Below, in pieces: positions 38,905 through 49,479 of a stretch of 64,000 bases of DNA. The notes below the pieces were generated by a model. It made no database searches, was not told where the DNA came from, and saw only the letters and a program-made list of their open reading frames with translations. Source of the stretch: Promethearchaeati archaeon SRVP18_Atabeyarchaeia-1 (GTDB taxonomy: Archaea; Asgardarchaeota; Atabeyarchaeia; Atabeyarchaeales; Atabeyarchaeaceae); NCBI GenBank assembly GCA_037308085.1, contig CP147779.1, positions 352,001 through 416,000 on the forward strand. Direction: 5' to 3'. Both the position numbers and the translations under genes were made by a program. How positions within the stretch are numbered: position 1 is the first letter of the stretch; the number at the start of each line of letters is the position of its first letter.

Positions 38905-39073
38905 CTAACCAACCCTTAGACTCGGATCCTGACGGTGAACTGCCATGAGTCCAGGTGTGCAGATGAAAGGCTCTCACTCTTTTATTGAACTACCGTAGAT
39001 CGCTGTCTTGACGGGGAAGGGGTCGACTACAAGAGATAGGCTGACCACAATATGAGTGTGGAGGAAAACAGAA

Positions 39074-40012
39074 TTGGGAAAAGGATATGGCTACGGCAAG
39101 ACTATCCTTTTCGGGGAACACTTTGTGGTCTATGGTTTGCCAGCGTTGGCATCAGCGCTTGGTGCAAAAACCACAGCCATAATCGATAGGATCCCACGCA
39201 AAGGGTATGAGTTGATTGACAACCGTCCCGAGGTTCCAGGATACAAGAAAGAAAAGTTCGAGGAACAACAGATTTCCATCAAAAACGTTCTCAAATTTAT
39301 GGGAGTCGATACCGAAAAGCAAGGTCTACGTATCACTCTTGGTGGGGATCTAATCTGCGCAAGTGGAGTGGGGGCTTCAGCTGCTAGCTGTGTTGCGATA
39401 GCGCGAGCAATAACTGATGAATTCAAGCTCAATTGGAATGATGCAAGGATAAACGAGGCGGCCTATGAAGGGGAGAAGGGGTACCACGGAACCCCCAGCG
39501 GAATTGACAATACTGCTTCAACATTTGGGGGATTGGTGTATTTTGTCAAGAACATGAAGGGCGGTCCAAACACAATGGACACCACCAAATTGAAGAACGC
39601 CGTGGAACTTGTTATTGGCAGCTCCGGGATCACCTCGGATACCAAAGAGGTGGTTGATGCTGTTAAAAAGTTGAAAGACAAGGATCCCAAATGGTTTGAC
39701 GGCATTATCGGGGAATATTCAAAATTGGTCGCTCACGGGCGACAGGCTCTCGAGAAATTCGACTTGCCGCTAGTCGGAAAGTTGATGGACAAAAACCACA
39801 CACTACTACAGGAGATCACAGTATCGAATGAGGTTCTTGACTCAATGGTTGTGATCTCCAGAAAAGCAGGCGCTCTGGGAGCGAAAGTAACTGGAACAGG
39901 CCGTGGCGGAAACATGATTGCTTTAACACCTGGCGTGAAGCTACGAGACAAGGTTGCCAGCGCGCTTCAAGCTGCTGGATATGAAGTTTGGAAAACAACT
40001 ATTGGCGCTTAG
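39074..40012 (+). CDS. mvk: Mevalonate kinase
   Basis: GKTILFGEHFVVYG, SG.G.SAA, HG.PSGID and GAKVTGTGRGG; TTG start at 39074 after GGAGG. Confidence 0.93.
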   Translation: MGKGYGYGKTILFGEHFVVYGLPALASALGAKTTAIIDRIPRKGYELIDNRPEVPGYKKEKFEEQQISIKNVLKFMGVDTEKQGLRITLGGDLICASGVGASAASCVAIARAITDEFKLNWNDARINEAAYEGEKGYHGTPSGIDNTASTFGGLVYFVKNMKGGPNTMDTTKLKNAVELVIGSSGITSDTKEVVDAVKKLKDKDPKWFDGIIGEYSKLVAHGRQALEKFDLPLVGKLMDKNHTLLQEITVSNEVLDSMVVISRKAGALGAKVTGTGRGGNMIALTPGVKLRDKVASALQAAGYEVWKTTIGA

Positions 40013-40039
40013 CACGTGACATGGTGGTGGAAGTGAGAA

Positions 40040-41350
40040 ATGGATTTTCGGCAATATGTTGACAAACTAGAGAGCGAGGGAAACCTCTATAGAATAGGGA
40101 AAGTAGTTTCAGGTGATGTGGAGGCAGCTGCTGTTTTGAAGGCGGCTGAGCCGACACCTGTGCTTTTTGAGAGTATTAAGGAAAACAAGGGATTTCGGGT
40201 AGCTGGAAACGTATTTTGTACAAAAGAAAGCATTGCCAAGTACTTCGGAATCACAACCGCTGACCTAATTCCAAAACTCACCAAGGCGATTGACCAACGC
40301 AGCCAACCAGAGGAGATCAAGAACGCTCCGTGTCAAGAAGTCGATATGGGGACTGTCGACCTCAACAAATTACCCATTCTAATGCACAATAAAGCAGATG
40401 GAGGAAGGTACATCTCTTCGGCAGTGGTTATTACAAGAGATCCTGAGTATGGACAGAACTTGGACTTCCACAGAGCTATGCAGATCTCCAACAACAAGAT
40501 GAGTACTAGGATTATTCAGGGCAGAGATTTTTACAAATTCCTAGAGCGAAATGGAGAAGTTGAGGCGGCATTCTGCGTTGGCAATACTCCCAATGTCCTG
40601 GTCGCTGCTGCGACCTCTGTTCAGACTGGAATTGATGAACTCTACATCGCAAACGCCCTTGAGAAAATGCGAGTTACAAGAGCGAAATCAGTGAATCTCA
40701 TGATTCCTGCTGATTGCGAGGTAGTGCTCGAGGGTAGGGTTTCTATGAAAGAAAGAGCTGCTGAGGGACCATTCGTCGACCTAACCGAGACCTTCGATAT
40801 TGTTAGACAGGAGCCCGTTTTCGAAGTCCGTAAGATCACTCATAGGAAGGACCCTATATGGCAAGCTCTTCTCCCTGGTGCCCTAGAGCATAAATTACTT
40901 ATGGGAATGCCTCGAGAGCCAACGATTTTCAAGAAGGTCGCAGAGTCGGGTGTCAGATGCCTTGATGTCAATGTGAATCCTGGAGGATGTTCATGGCTCC
41001 ATGCAATAGTCAAGATCGAAAAAAAGAACGAAGACGATGGAAAGAAAGCAATTCTTGCAGCCTTCGCTGGTCATTCGAGCTGTAAACATGTATTCGTAGT
41101 CGATAAGGACATTAACATCTATGATCCACTCCAAGTGGAGTGGGCGATGGCCACAAGGTTCCAAGCAGACCGGGGACTAGTAAACAAAGGGAAGGAACCA
41201 GGATCCAGTCTGGATCCGAGTGCCGATCCGCAGACCAAAATGACCAACAAGGTAGGGTTTGACCTGACAGCGCCACTAGTAACGAAGGGAAAGAACTTCG
41301 CCCGCGTTGAATTCCCCAAAGTTGATTTGAAAAAGTATATCGAGGAATGA
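40040..41350 (+). CDS. UbiD-family decarboxylase (likely anhydromevalonate phosphate decarboxylase)
   Basis: EGPF, VVD.DI, WA..TR and SLDPS motifs; context between mvk and AcnX. Confidence 0.88.
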   Translation: MDFRQYVDKLESEGNLYRIGKVVSGDVEAAAVLKAAEPTPVLFESIKENKGFRVAGNVFCTKESIAKYFGITTADLIPKLTKAIDQRSQPEEIKNAPCQEVDMGTVDLNKLPILMHNKADGGRYISSAVVITRDPEYGQNLDFHRAMQISNNKMSTRIIQGRDFYKFLERNGEVEAAFCVGNTPNVLVAAATSVQTGIDELYIANALEKMRVTRAKSVNLMIPADCEVVLEGRVSMKERAAEGPFVDLTETFDIVRQEPVFEVRKITHRKDPIWQALLPGALEHKLLMGMPREPTIFKKVAESGVRCLDVNVNPGGCSWLHAIVKIEKKNEDDGKKAILAAFAGHSSCKHVFVVDKDINIYDPLQVEWAMATRFQADRGLVNKGKEPGSSLDPSADPQTKMTNKVGFDLTAPLVTKGKNFARVEFPKVDLKKYIEE

Positions 41351-41353
41351 TCT

Positions 41354-42529
41354 ATGAAGCTAACCACTGAAGAGAAGAAGATGGCTGATGGCGAGTACGG
41401 CCATGCCACTCAGAAAGCGATGGAGATACTAGTTACATTGGGGGAGATCTATGAAGCCGAACGGATGATTCCAGTCAGTTCAGTCCAAGTCTCTGGTGTA
41501 AGTTATGCAAATCTTGAAGAAGCGGGGCTTGAGTGGCTGGCTGAGATGGCTAAGGACGGAAAGGTTCGTGTACTTACTACATTGAATCCAGCAGGTATGG
41601 ATCTTGAAGATTGGAAGAAACTTGGGATAAGTGAGGATTTCGCCAGAAATCAACAGCGAGTAATCGATGCGTTTTCTCGGATGGGGATTATCACAACGTG
41701 TACATGTACCCCCTATCTCGTCGGAAACGTACCCCACTTTGGTGAACACATATCGTGGGGAGAGAGTAGCGCAGTCTGCTATGCTAACTCGGTACTCGGA
41801 GCCCGTACCAACCGTGAGGGGGGACCCAGTGCCCTTGCTGCAGCATTGACTGGAAGAACACCGGAATATGGCTTTCATCTGGACAACAAGAGACAACCAC
41901 AAGTGAAAGTCCAAGTACAGGCAACACTGAATGGCACATATCAATTTGGCGCTTTAGGAAAGGTTCTGGGCGAAAAGTTGGGGGAAAAGATTAGTTATAT
42001 CACAGGAATCCCAAGCGCATCAGTTGAGGAACTCAAATCCTTCTGTGCCTCCTATGCTACCTATGGGGGAGTTGCCCTCTTCCACATTGAGGGGATAACT
42101 CCCGATAGAGTCAGCCAAATTCCTGTTGAAACAATTACGGTTACGGATGAGCACATCAAAGCTGCGATAAGTGCTTTGAATGAAGAAACATCTATCGATT
42201 TTGTCAGTATTGGTTGCCCACACGCGACATTGGCTGAACTCGAATACATTGCCAAGAAATTGAAAGGAAAACAAGTGAAGAAAGAGGTCTGGATAACGAC
42301 TGCACGCCCCACGAAGCAAATGGCAGACCGGATGGGTTTCACCAAAATGATCGAAGGAGCTGGAGCCAAGATTGCTGCAGATACTTGCTGTGTCGTGGCT
42401 CCCATAAAAGGGAGATTTGTTGGATTAGCCACCGACTCGGCTAAGGGCTGCTATTATGGATCAGGGAAAAACAGGTTCAAGGTAAAATTGATGTCCATCG
42501 ATGAATGCATTGAGGAGGCGCTTAGGTAG
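41354..42529 (+). CDS. Aconitase X catalytic subunit (phosphomevalonate dehydratase, large)
   Basis: TTLNP, CTCTPY, ESSA..YANSV.GARTNREG, GCPH and TDS.K. Confidence 0.92.
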   Translation: MKLTTEEKKMADGEYGHATQKAMEILVTLGEIYEAERMIPVSSVQVSGVSYANLEEAGLEWLAEMAKDGKVRVLTTLNPAGMDLEDWKKLGISEDFARNQQRVIDAFSRMGIITTCTCTPYLVGNVPHFGEHISWGESSAVCYANSVLGARTNREGGPSALAAALTGRTPEYGFHLDNKRQPQVKVQVQATLNGTYQFGALGKVLGEKLGEKISYITGIPSASVEELKSFCASYATYGGVALFHIEGITPDRVSQIPVETITVTDEHIKAAISALNEETSIDFVSIGCPHATLAELEYIAKKLKGKQVKKEVWITTARPTKQMADRMGFTKMIEGAGAKIAADTCCVVAPIKGRFVGLATDSAKGCYYGSGKNRFKVKLMSIDECIEEALR

Positions 42530-42919
42530 ATGCAGCTAAAAGGAAGAAAAATCTACAAAGGCAAAGCAGAAGGGGAAGCACTCGTAACGAAACAAAGCAT
42601 CTCATTCTACGGTGGTGTTGACCCGTCAACTGGAACGATTGTGGAACGGGGACACGAGCTAGAGGGAAAATCGATCACGGGGAAGATCCTTGTATTCCCG
42701 ACGGGAAAGGGATCGACTGTTGGATCCTATGTACTTTATCAAATGTCTAGGAATGGCAAAGGACCGAAAGGACTCGTCCTAAAAGAGTGTGAGGCAATTG
42801 TGGCAGTCGGATGCATCATTGGCGGAATCCCATGCATTGACCACATAGACATCGAGAAGCTAGCCACGGGTAACCACCTCATCCTAGATGCGAACAAATC
42901 TGCTTTGGAGTTCAAGTAA
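42530..42919 (+). CDS. Aconitase X swivel subunit DUF126 (phosphomevalonate dehydratase, small)
   Basis: ISFYGGVDP..G and KGSTVGSY. Confidence 0.92.
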   Translation: MQLKGRKIYKGKAEGEALVTKQSISFYGGVDPSTGTIVERGHELEGKSITGKILVFPTGKGSTVGSYVLYQMSRNGKGPKGLVLKECEAIVAVGCIIGGIPCIDHIDIEKLATGNHLILDANKSALEFK

Positions 42920-43015
42920 AACCCGGTAGAAGAGTCTTTGTCTCAGAAGAATCAACTATCCACTGTTGGAGCAGTGGACTTCCCGCAGATCTCGGTGGCT
43001 GGCAGTTGCCGTTTC

Positions 43016-43927
43016 TCAGTCAGCATCTTCCTTGGAGAGCTGTTCCATAATCTTCATAATGACTGACTTATCGAACCTGTCAGCGAGGTCCTGTGCTTTC
43101 AGAAGTTTTCGGTGAGGCACATCATACCTAGGTACAAGGAGCACAACTCCCCAGATCTTTGCATATTTCTCCTCAACTACTGAATCACTTCGCTTAATTG
43201 AGTCGACGGGTATTTTGCACTCTCCTTTCCACTTGGCCAAGGGGAGCCCCCCGATCTCATCTGTGAAGTATCTCTTCCTCAAGATCTTCATGGGAAGTTT
43301 CAGTTTTTTCTCTTGAATTGGGGTTTGCCTTAAGGATTTCACGAAATAGACACAGTTGAATAGTTTCGGCAACAGAATGTATACGTCTCCCTTCTTTAAG
43401 ACCGAGAGGTTCTTTGTTTCAAATGACTTGTCTGGCTCGATCTGCCGAAATGACTCCATGATTCTGACGGGAACTGCGAATCTCGATCTTGCAGTTCTCA
43501 TTTGTGCAATGATGCTAGCGATTGCTGCAATAATCAATCCAGCAAACATAAGACCGATGGAGAAGATGAAGGGGAAGGTACGCTCTTCAAAGGGAATCAA
43601 GGTGATGACTACGAGAACCATTGCAAGACCTAGAATAATCAATCCCATACCTGCAACTAATATTTTCAGCGGGTACTTGGGCTCCCTCGTTTCATAGATC
43701 CTGCGTCTGCCATACTTGATCAAGATGACAAACCCGGCTAAAAGAACTACAAATGCGATTATGATGACCATCATGACTGTTTCAAAGCTATATTGAGTTA
43801 CGATCAATCTTGAGAGACTGATGATGATCATAGAGACGGCGATCATTATCCATGCCAATATTGATGCTTTTCGGCTTCCTCTGAACCGTGGTTCTTCCTG
43901 GACTTGCTCAGTCATTCCTGCCACCAC
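43016..43927 (-). CDS. Hypothetical membrane protein (4 N-terminal TM helices plus a soluble domain)
   Basis: Hydrophobic segments; no recognised motif. Confidence 0.6.
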   Translation of the reverse strand: MVAGMTEQVQEEPRFRGSRKASILAWIMIAVSMIIISLSRLIVTQYSFETVMMVIIIAFVVLLAGFVILIKYGRRRIYETREPKYPLKILVAGMGLIILGLAMVLVVITLIPFEERTFPFIFSIGLMFAGLIIAAIASIIAQMRTARSRFAVPVRIMESFRQIEPDKSFETKNLSVLKKGDVYILLPKLFNCVYFVKSLRQTPIQEKKLKLPMKILRKRYFTDEIGGLPLAKWKGECKIPVDSIKRSDSVVEEKYAKIWGVVLLVPRYDVPHRKLLKAQDLADRFDKSVIMKIMEQLSKEDAD

Positions 43928-44083
43928 ACCAATCCTCGAATCAGGGCACTTGATGGGAATCCCCCAAGCGGAACCCCTACAAATAAGTCATGAGGCGAGA
44001 ATTCCTATTAACCTTATTTTCGACAATATGCATCATAGTGTCGAGAGATTTGTAAACTACCACCTATTGAAATTAGTCAGGAA

Positions 44084-44692
44084 AGTATAGACCTGATAGT
44101 CACTTCACCGCCTTACAATGTGGACATAAGATACAACGCACACGACGACAAGATATCTTATGAAGAATATTTAGAGTTCTCAGAGAAGTGGGTGGCTCGT
44201 TGTTTTGAATGGTTGAAAGAAGACGGCAGATTCTGCCTCAACATTCCATTGGACAAGAACAAGAATGGACAACAAAGCATTGGGGCATACTTGACGACTA
44301 TCGCTAAGAAAATAGGCTTCAAGTACCACTCTACAATAGTTTGGAATGAAGGCAACATTTCAAGAAGAACTGCTTGGGGTTCTTGGAAGAGTGCCTCTGC
44401 TCCGTTTGTAATCGTCCCAGTCGAGTTAATTGTAATTCTCTACAAACAGAGCTGGAAGAAAACGAGTGGCAATGGAGTCTCGGACATTTCTAGGGACGAA
44501 TTTATGAATTGGACAAATGGTCTTTGGACTTTTCAAGGAGAAAGCAAGAAGAGGACGGGGCATCCCGCACCTTTCCCAGTAGAACTACCTAGACGATGCA
44601 TTAAGTTGTTCAGCTTTGTCGATGACGTAGTTCTAGATCCGTTTCTAGGTAGCGGGACGACTCTGGTCGCTGCTGCGCTCAACAACCGAAGA
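44084..44692 (+). pseudogene. Beta-class N4-C/N6-A DNA methyltransferase, truncated and fused to RadA debris
   Basis: [10 protein letters not shown] lies upstream of the GTG at 44120 with no canonical start before an in-frame TAG; HPAPFP and DPFLGSGTT follow, then homology stops. Confidence 0.75.
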
Positions 44693-45005
44693 CAGCTCTT
44701 CAAGATGGTTCCCGACCAGAACGTCAAACTCATTGTACTCGATTCTATGATTCAGCACTTCAGAGCTGAGTACCCAGGAAGAGAGAACCTTGCGACCAGA
44801 CAGCAGAAACTGAACCTTCATCTTCAGGACGTGAAGAGGCTGATGAGAGGGAGACGCAAGAATCGCCAAGATACTGGATGCCCCTGATCTCGATCCCAAT
44901 GTCGAAGTTGCCTTCAAGATTACTGAACAAGGTGTGGAAGACATGGTGGCGGGCGAGGATAAGGCAGAATTGTCAGAAGAAGCTGAAGTCATTCAGGTCT
45001 TATAG
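44693..45005 (+). pseudogene. radA: RadA/Rad51 fragments with an internal deletion and frameshift
   Basis: [34 protein letters not shown] (Walker B and L1 region), then in another frame [14 protein letters not shown]...FKITEQGVED (RadA C-terminus). Confidence 0.8.
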
Positions 45006-45250
45006 ATGGACAGGACAGTATTGTCCGATCCGTCATGGAGTCTGAGCAGACATTTCTCTCCGTTCGTTACCGCGACTGCATTGAAAACATCCCCAGAGCG
45101 AAGCATTTCGTTCAATGCCTTCGTGTCAGGATGAAGTAAGGATAGTATCTCATGTTCACATTCACAAACCTTGCTGACGGCCTGAAATTGTAGTGATCAA
45201 TCGTTGTTAAATATCATGAGGATTACTTGCATTAACAAGGTGGCTTTCAC

Positions 45251-46057
45251 GTGGATATCTGGAAGTATCACGACATAAGGCACAGGCGGCACCGGTTCTG
45301 CAACCCAATAGGGAATGAGAAGTTTGAGGAATTATGCAGGCAGCTTTCTCTCAGAAAAGGAGCTCGTGTTCTCGACATGGCTTGTGGAAAAGGCGAATTC
45401 CTTGTTCGCCTAGCAGAACTGTACAGGGTTCAAGGAATTGGAGTTGACATATCACCCTACTGTGTCAGGGATTGCCGAGAAAGATACAACGCTCGGGTTC
45501 CAACGGCGAAAATTGAGTTTCTTGAAATGGACGCTGCCAAGTTTGAACCTGAGTCACTGGAGAGCTATGATCTTACGATGTGTGTTGGGGCAACTTTTGT
45601 CTATGGCGGCTTCAGCGAGACTACCCGTGCTTTGAAGAAGATGACAAAGCCAGGGGGACTTGTGCTTGTGGGAGAAGTATTCTGGCAGAAGGAACCTGAT
45701 CCCGAGTATCTGGAGATGGTCGACAAAAAAAGAGAGGAATTTTCCACTCATAATGAGAATGTCGCGGCTGGGGAAGAGGAAGGGCTTAACTGCCTGTGCA
45801 CCGTCGTGAGCGACCACGACGACTGGGATCATTATGAGAACCTTAACTGGTGGTCTGTCAACGACTATCTTCTGGCTCACCCTGAGGACCCTGATATTGC
45901 TGAGATTCTTGAACGAACGGAGAAGGAGAAAGAGATCTATCTTCGCTGGGAGAGGGATACGCTGGGATGGGCAATCTACGTGTTCTGTCAGAGTAAAAGA
46001 CAAGGTTTCAGGAGAAACCAGGGACATCAAAGAGGAGAAGATTACTCTCAAGGGTGA
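45251..46057 (+). CDS. Class I SAM-dependent methyltransferase (YjhP-like)
   Basis: VLDMACGKG, GVDIS, KPGG.VLVGE.FW and WD.YE; the last roughly 20 aa look like read-through into debris. Confidence 0.85.
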   Translation: MDIWKYHDIRHRRHRFCNPIGNEKFEELCRQLSLRKGARVLDMACGKGEFLVRLAELYRVQGIGVDISPYCVRDCRERYNARVPTAKIEFLEMDAAKFEPESLESYDLTMCVGATFVYGGFSETTRALKKMTKPGGLVLVGEVFWQKEPDPEYLEMVDKKREEFSTHNENVAAGEEEGLNCLCTVVSDHDDWDHYENLNWWSVNDYLLAHPEDPDIAEILERTEKEKEIYLRWERDTLGWAIYVFCQSKRQGFRRNQGHQRGEDYSQG

Positions 46058-46326
46058 ACTTGAGGACTGAACTATTCCTAATGCCTATTGACTGGGTAAA
46101 TGCAGAAGGGAGGTTATTGAAATAGGTGGCTTGTGCTCGTGGTGAGAAGCATGGTTGCCAGCTAGTGCTTGCTCGCCGCCATGGCACTGGAGGAAGATGT
46201 ATGGCGGCTCTTTGCCCAGATGCCAGGACCAGAAACGTTGCAGCGAAAATCGAGAGCTCCGGAGGAAAAGCAATACTCACAAATAAGATGGACCAGGGTG
46301 TAACCATTGTTCTCTTAGAGATCTGA
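46020..46326 (+). pseudogene. Decayed C-terminal remnant of a GHMP (mevalonate) kinase
   Basis: LKGELED* ... LLK*VACARG ... GTGGRCMAALCP...VAAKIESSGGKAILT resembles the archaeal Mvk C-terminus (GAGGGGCMIAL...VA.AI...GG..I.T). Confidence 0.5.
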
Positions 46327-46373
46327 TATGCTCATCCATATTCAGTTGCGATTCATTAATGTTCCTAGGTTCC

Positions 46374-47228
46374 TCAAGGCATGATCAAGGTTCCGAGATG
46401 CTTCCCTTTTAGAGCCTTCGAGACATTCCCTTCTTCTAAAGCGTTAAAAACGATTGAAGGGACACCTAGAGTCCCAACAGATATCAGCTCCTTGAACTTG
46501 AGGCTCATCCCACCGTCTACATCGCAATATGAACTATCTTTGGGATTCAGTGAATTCCTCTCTGCCAAGTTGATGCTCTCGATTAGCTTGGCTTTTGGAT
46601 TTTTTTTCGGGTCATCGGTGAAGATGCCTTCGACGTCTGTGCCACAAGCCACGAGATCCACGTCTTTTAGCTCCTTTGCGCACAGGTAAAGGATAGTATC
46701 CCCAGAAAGAACTGCAGCGTTACCATTCTCATCGAAGACAAGGTCTCCGAACAGAATTGGCACATACTTGGGAATAAGACACCTGATCTTCTGGAGGTCG
46801 AAAGACGCGTCAACGCCAACCCAAGGTCGATTCTTGTCTCTCTTCGTTACAGTAAATAGTGAGCGCGGAGGAAGGCTAATTGCCGGAATACCATTGCTAA
46901 CCATCTCATTGACTAAAATGAGATTCTCCAATAGAACAGAGTACGATGTTAATGGCCAACCAACCAGTTCCTGTTGGCTTACGTCCAATTTGAGGAACTT
47001 GCTTACGGGGAAGTGTCCGAAGACACCTGCACCATGGACTATGATCAAATAGCCGAGACTGGAAAGGGATTCCCGAATCTCTGAACATATTCTTTTGACG
47101 ACCTCACGTCTGATGAATCTGGAGGAATTCTTCCATATCCCAGTTGCAGTGAGCGGGAAGTCCGTGAAACCCTTGTAGGTGACGACACTCCCGCCGAGTT
47201 TAAGAATGATGTTTCGCTTCTCTGGCAC
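46374..47228 (-). CDS. ipk: Isopentenyl phosphate kinase
   Basis: LKLGGSV.T.K, HGAG.FGH, P.LFGD, SGD, DV.G and DV.GGM..K; GTG start at 47228. Confidence 0.9.
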   Translation of the reverse strand: MPEKRNIILKLGGSVVTYKGFTDFPLTATGIWKNSSRFIRREVVKRICSEIRESLSSLGYLIIVHGAGVFGHFPVSKFLKLDVSQQELVGWPLTSYSVLLENLILVNEMVSNGIPAISLPPRSLFTVTKRDKNRPWVGVDASFDLQKIRCLIPKYVPILFGDLVFDENGNAAVLSGDTILYLCAKELKDVDLVACGTDVEGIFTDDPKKNPKAKLIESINLAERNSLNPKDSSYCDVDGGMSLKFKELISVGTLGVPSIVFNALEEGNVSKALKGKHLGTLIMP

Positions 47229-47394
47229 TGCCCAGGCACCCACATTAGCATTAATGATTAGCGGGGACACTCTGTTCAAAAGGCTAAACTGTAATATAAT
47301 GTTACTGTACTCCCAATCATTACGAGGAAAAGACAACCTGAATACTGCTGAGTGCTGCATCTTTATCTATCTTGGCTGTGTTCCAGTGAGGGTA

Positions 47395-48567
47395 TTGAAA
47401 GCTGATGAAGACGGAGAGGAAGAAGAAGAGTTGCCAGATCACATCACAAGTGAGAGAAAACTCGACCATATCCGCATATGTTTGACGAAGGATGTCCAGT
47501 CTTTGCATAAGAGACCCGGATTTCTCGACATTGAGCTAATTCACAATGCTCTCCCAGAAATAGACCTGAGCGACGTGAGCACTGAGACGGAGTTCTTCGG
47601 GAAGAGAATTGCTGCGCCGCTAGCCATAGCGGGAATGACGGGAGGGCATCCAATAGCCATGAGAATAAACGAGGCGCTGGCGAAGGCGGCCCAAGAAGCA
47701 CGAATTGCAATGGGGATAGGCAGCCAGAGGGCAGCAATCGAGGATCCATCACTTGAAGAGTCCTACTCAATTGTGAGGAAAGTCGCCCCAGATATACCGA
47801 TTATTGCAAACCTTGGTGCGCCCCAACTGTCAAGAGGGTACGGGATAGGTGAGGCTAGGAAGGCTGTTGAAATGGTCGAAGCTGATGCTCTGGCCATCCA
47901 TCTTAATCCTCTGCAGGAAGCGGTTCAAACCGAGGGAGAAACCAAGACCAGCGGAGTTCTTGATAAGATTGGCAGGATTGCCAGTAAGCTTGACGTCCCT
48001 CTCATAGCTAAGGAAACCGGGTGCGGTATTGCTTACGAAGAAGCCTGCAAGCTTCTTGACTGCAATGTAAAGGGCGTAGACGTAGGCGGAGCTGGAGGAA
48101 CAAGTTGGGCTGCCGTCGAAGCTTACAGAGAACTGGCTCAGACTCCAAGCAATGCCGATGGATATCACATGGGATTAATTTTCAGAGACTGGGGAATTCC
48201 AACGGCTGCGAGCGTTCTGGAAGTCTCATTAGTGAAGAGCCTCACGATCATAGCTACGGGTGGCGTAAGGAACGGAATCGACGTGGCCAAGTCCATTGCC
48301 CTAGGGGCAAACATAGCGGGGGTAGCACTGCCCTTGCTGAGTCCTGCGTATTCCGGTGACCAGACGACATTAGCAGCAATGATCAAGAGGATGATCAGAG
48401 AGCTGAGGACTTCCATGTATTTGACTGGGTCAAAAGACTTGAAAGACCTGGCAACAGCCAACTTGGTGATCGGAGGAGAATTGGCCGAATGGGTCACGGC
48501 GAGAGGGATCGACCTCAAGAGCCTTGCGAAGAGAAGGTCGCCACTTCCAAAGCGAAGCACACCTTAG
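47395..48567 (+). CDS. fni: Type 2 isopentenyl-diphosphate isomerase
   Basis: RK.DH, MTGG, GSQR, HLNPLQE, KETG.G and GGTSW; start uncertain (47386, 47395 or 47431). Confidence 0.95.
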   Translation: MKADEDGEEEEELPDHITSERKLDHIRICLTKDVQSLHKRPGFLDIELIHNALPEIDLSDVSTETEFFGKRIAAPLAIAGMTGGHPIAMRINEALAKAAQEARIAMGIGSQRAAIEDPSLEESYSIVRKVAPDIPIIANLGAPQLSRGYGIGEARKAVEMVEADALAIHLNPLQEAVQTEGETKTSGVLDKIGRIASKLDVPLIAKETGCGIAYEEACKLLDCNVKGVDVGGAGGTSWAAVEAYRELAQTPSNADGYHMGLIFRDWGIPTAASVLEVSLVKSLTIIATGGVRNGIDVAKSIALGANIAGVALPLLSPAYSGDQTTLAAMIKRMIRELRTSMYLTGSKDLKDLATANLVIGGELAEWVTARGIDLKSLAKRRSPLPKRSTP

Positions 48568-48699
48568 CAGGGGAAAGCTGAAGACAACTTTCAAACATCC
48601 ACAGAAGCACAAGGCTTTTATGCAATTCCGCTTTACCGAATTACACCTGAAGATCTGAATAGCTGAAGATGATCCTCTGATAAGGGGTGAAACGTACTT

Positions 48700-49080
48700 T
48701 TGTCAAAGAAGTTTGAAGCTCCAAAGGAGCTCGTCGACAAGGCGTACCAGTTGGTCGACATAGCACACAAGAGTGGAAAAGTTAAGAAAGGGACAAATGA
48801 ATCTACAAAGGCTGTTGAGCGAGGCTCTGCAAAGATCGTTGCCATAGCCGGAGATGTTGATCCCCCTGAGATTGTGGCGCCGTTGCCTTACATATGTGAC
48901 GAGAAAAAGATTCCCTTCATATTTGTTCCGAGCAAAGAGAAACTCGGAAATGCTTGCGGAATCGATGTGGCTGCCGGCGCGGTTGCAGTCACTGAGGCAG
49001 GCGAAGGTGACAAGCTCCTGAAGGAAATTGTTGAGAAACTAAAGGAATTAAGAGAGACTGGAAAAACAAGGAAAGAGTGA
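48700..49080 (+). CDS. rpl7ae: 50S ribosomal protein eL8 (L7Ae)
   Basis: KKGTNE.TKAVERG and DVDPPEIV. Confidence 0.97.
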   Translation: MSKKFEAPKELVDKAYQLVDIAHKSGKVKKGTNESTKAVERGSAKIVAIAGDVDPPEIVAPLPYICDEKKIPFIFVPSKEKLGNACGIDVAAGAVAVTEAGEGDKLLKEIVEKLKELRETGKTRKE

Positions 49081-49208
49081 ATGGCGCGACAAGACGCCTC
49101 AAGCAGGTTTACGGCACCGAAAGCACTATCAGAAACGAAACTCTGCCCAATTCCAGTCACTTTTCGTTAAGATCGTCAGGATCCTTGTAGAAAGGATGGG
49201 TTAGCAGT

Positions 49209-49436
49209 ATGTCAAGGGCATCTCAAATGGAAGATTTGTCAATACCCGCAGAGGTTATACAAGTGGTTGGAAGAACGGGAGTAACGGGCGAGATAACTCA
49301 AGTCAAAGTCAGAGTCCTTGAAGGTCGTGACAAGGGAAGAATACTGACCAGGAATATCAAAGGTCCTTGTCGAGTTGGAGATATGCTCGTTCTGCGGGAG
49401 ACGGAGAGGGAAGCTAGAAGACTAAGGACACCATGA
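49209..49436 (+). CDS. rps28e: 30S ribosomal protein eS28
   Basis: GRTG..G..TQV, RN.KGP and ETEREA. Confidence 0.97.
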   Translation: MSRASQMEDLSIPAEVIQVVGRTGVTGEITQVKVRVLEGRDKGRILTRNIKGPCRVGDMLVLRETEREARRLRTP

Positions 49437-49479
49437 AGATCGGAAACTGCGGGGATCGGAGAAACGCGGGTTGGTTCTC

